Positions 63,780 to 64,000 of a DNA stretch of 64,000 nucleotides are shown one piece after another (position 1 is the first letter of the stretch; every line of letters begins with the position of its first letter). Location of the stretch: NCBI GenBank assembly GCA_026770705.1, contig JANJGN010000150.1:558001-622000 (forward strand), read 5' to 3'. The notes beneath the pieces are model-generated. The model saw nothing but the letters and a program-made list of their open reading frames with translations, had not been told where the DNA came from and did not search any database. Position numbers and translations under genes: made by a program. The DNA comes from Isurus oxyrinchus (taxonomy: Eukaryota).

Positions 63780-63995
63780 CTGCTCTTATACCTGAAACAC
63801 TTGAAGGGGACAGCCGCGGGTGGGTTGCTGTGTGGTATTACACCCATTTCTGGATATTGCAGTGTCGATGTTCCCTGTCCCACTGGCCTGGGACCAGCAG
63901 TAAGGTCACTGGGACATTGACTGTCTGGCGCCGAGAACTATCAGTCCCTCCGCAACGCCCTTCACCTTGTGCAAATATGTGTTCATATTGATGCA
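63780..63995 (-). promoter_or_regulatory. Hepcidin proximal promoter: TATAA (63790-63786), GGCGCC (63927-63932) abutting GTCT/AGAC (63923-63926), C/EBP-like TTGCACAA (63974-63967)
   Basis: The motifs are read directly. GGCGCC BMP-responsive elements and C/EBP sites are established regulators of vertebrate HAMP. Confidence 0.65.
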
Positions 63996-64000
63996 ACACA

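Overview
Vertebrate genomic DNA, most likely from a cartilaginous fish (inferred from the CR1/L2-like LINEs, Penelope fragments and 33/37/41-bp satellites). There are four N-gaps, and most entries in the ORF track are repeat artefacts. Reading splice sites by hand gives two things. (1) A cluster of Siglec/CD22/MAG-like Ig-superfamily receptor genes. Gene A (-): leader plus a V-set exon cut off by a Gypsy relic. Gene D (-): headless, with 4 tandem C2 exons, TM and an ITIM plus frameshifted-ITSM tail. Gene B (+): leader, Arg-less V, 3 C2, TM and a damaged Tyr-motif tail. Gene C (+): leader, V with the essential Arg, Siglec domain 2, and a TM containing Arg with a short tail, i.e. activating type; it is frameshifted. 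The heads of genes A and B sit in a ~5-kb inverted duplication. (2) A three-exon hepcidin gene (-, 59033-63713) that the ORF track misses. It has a TATA box, a GGCGCC/GTCT BMP-type element and a C/EBP-like site. It encodes an atypical 29-aa, 8-Cys mature peptide with an 8-residue loop carrying an N-glycosylation sequon. The layout mirrors the mammalian HAMP-MAG-CD22 neighbourhood and suggests a paired activating/inhibitory Siglec-like system under birth-and-death evolution.
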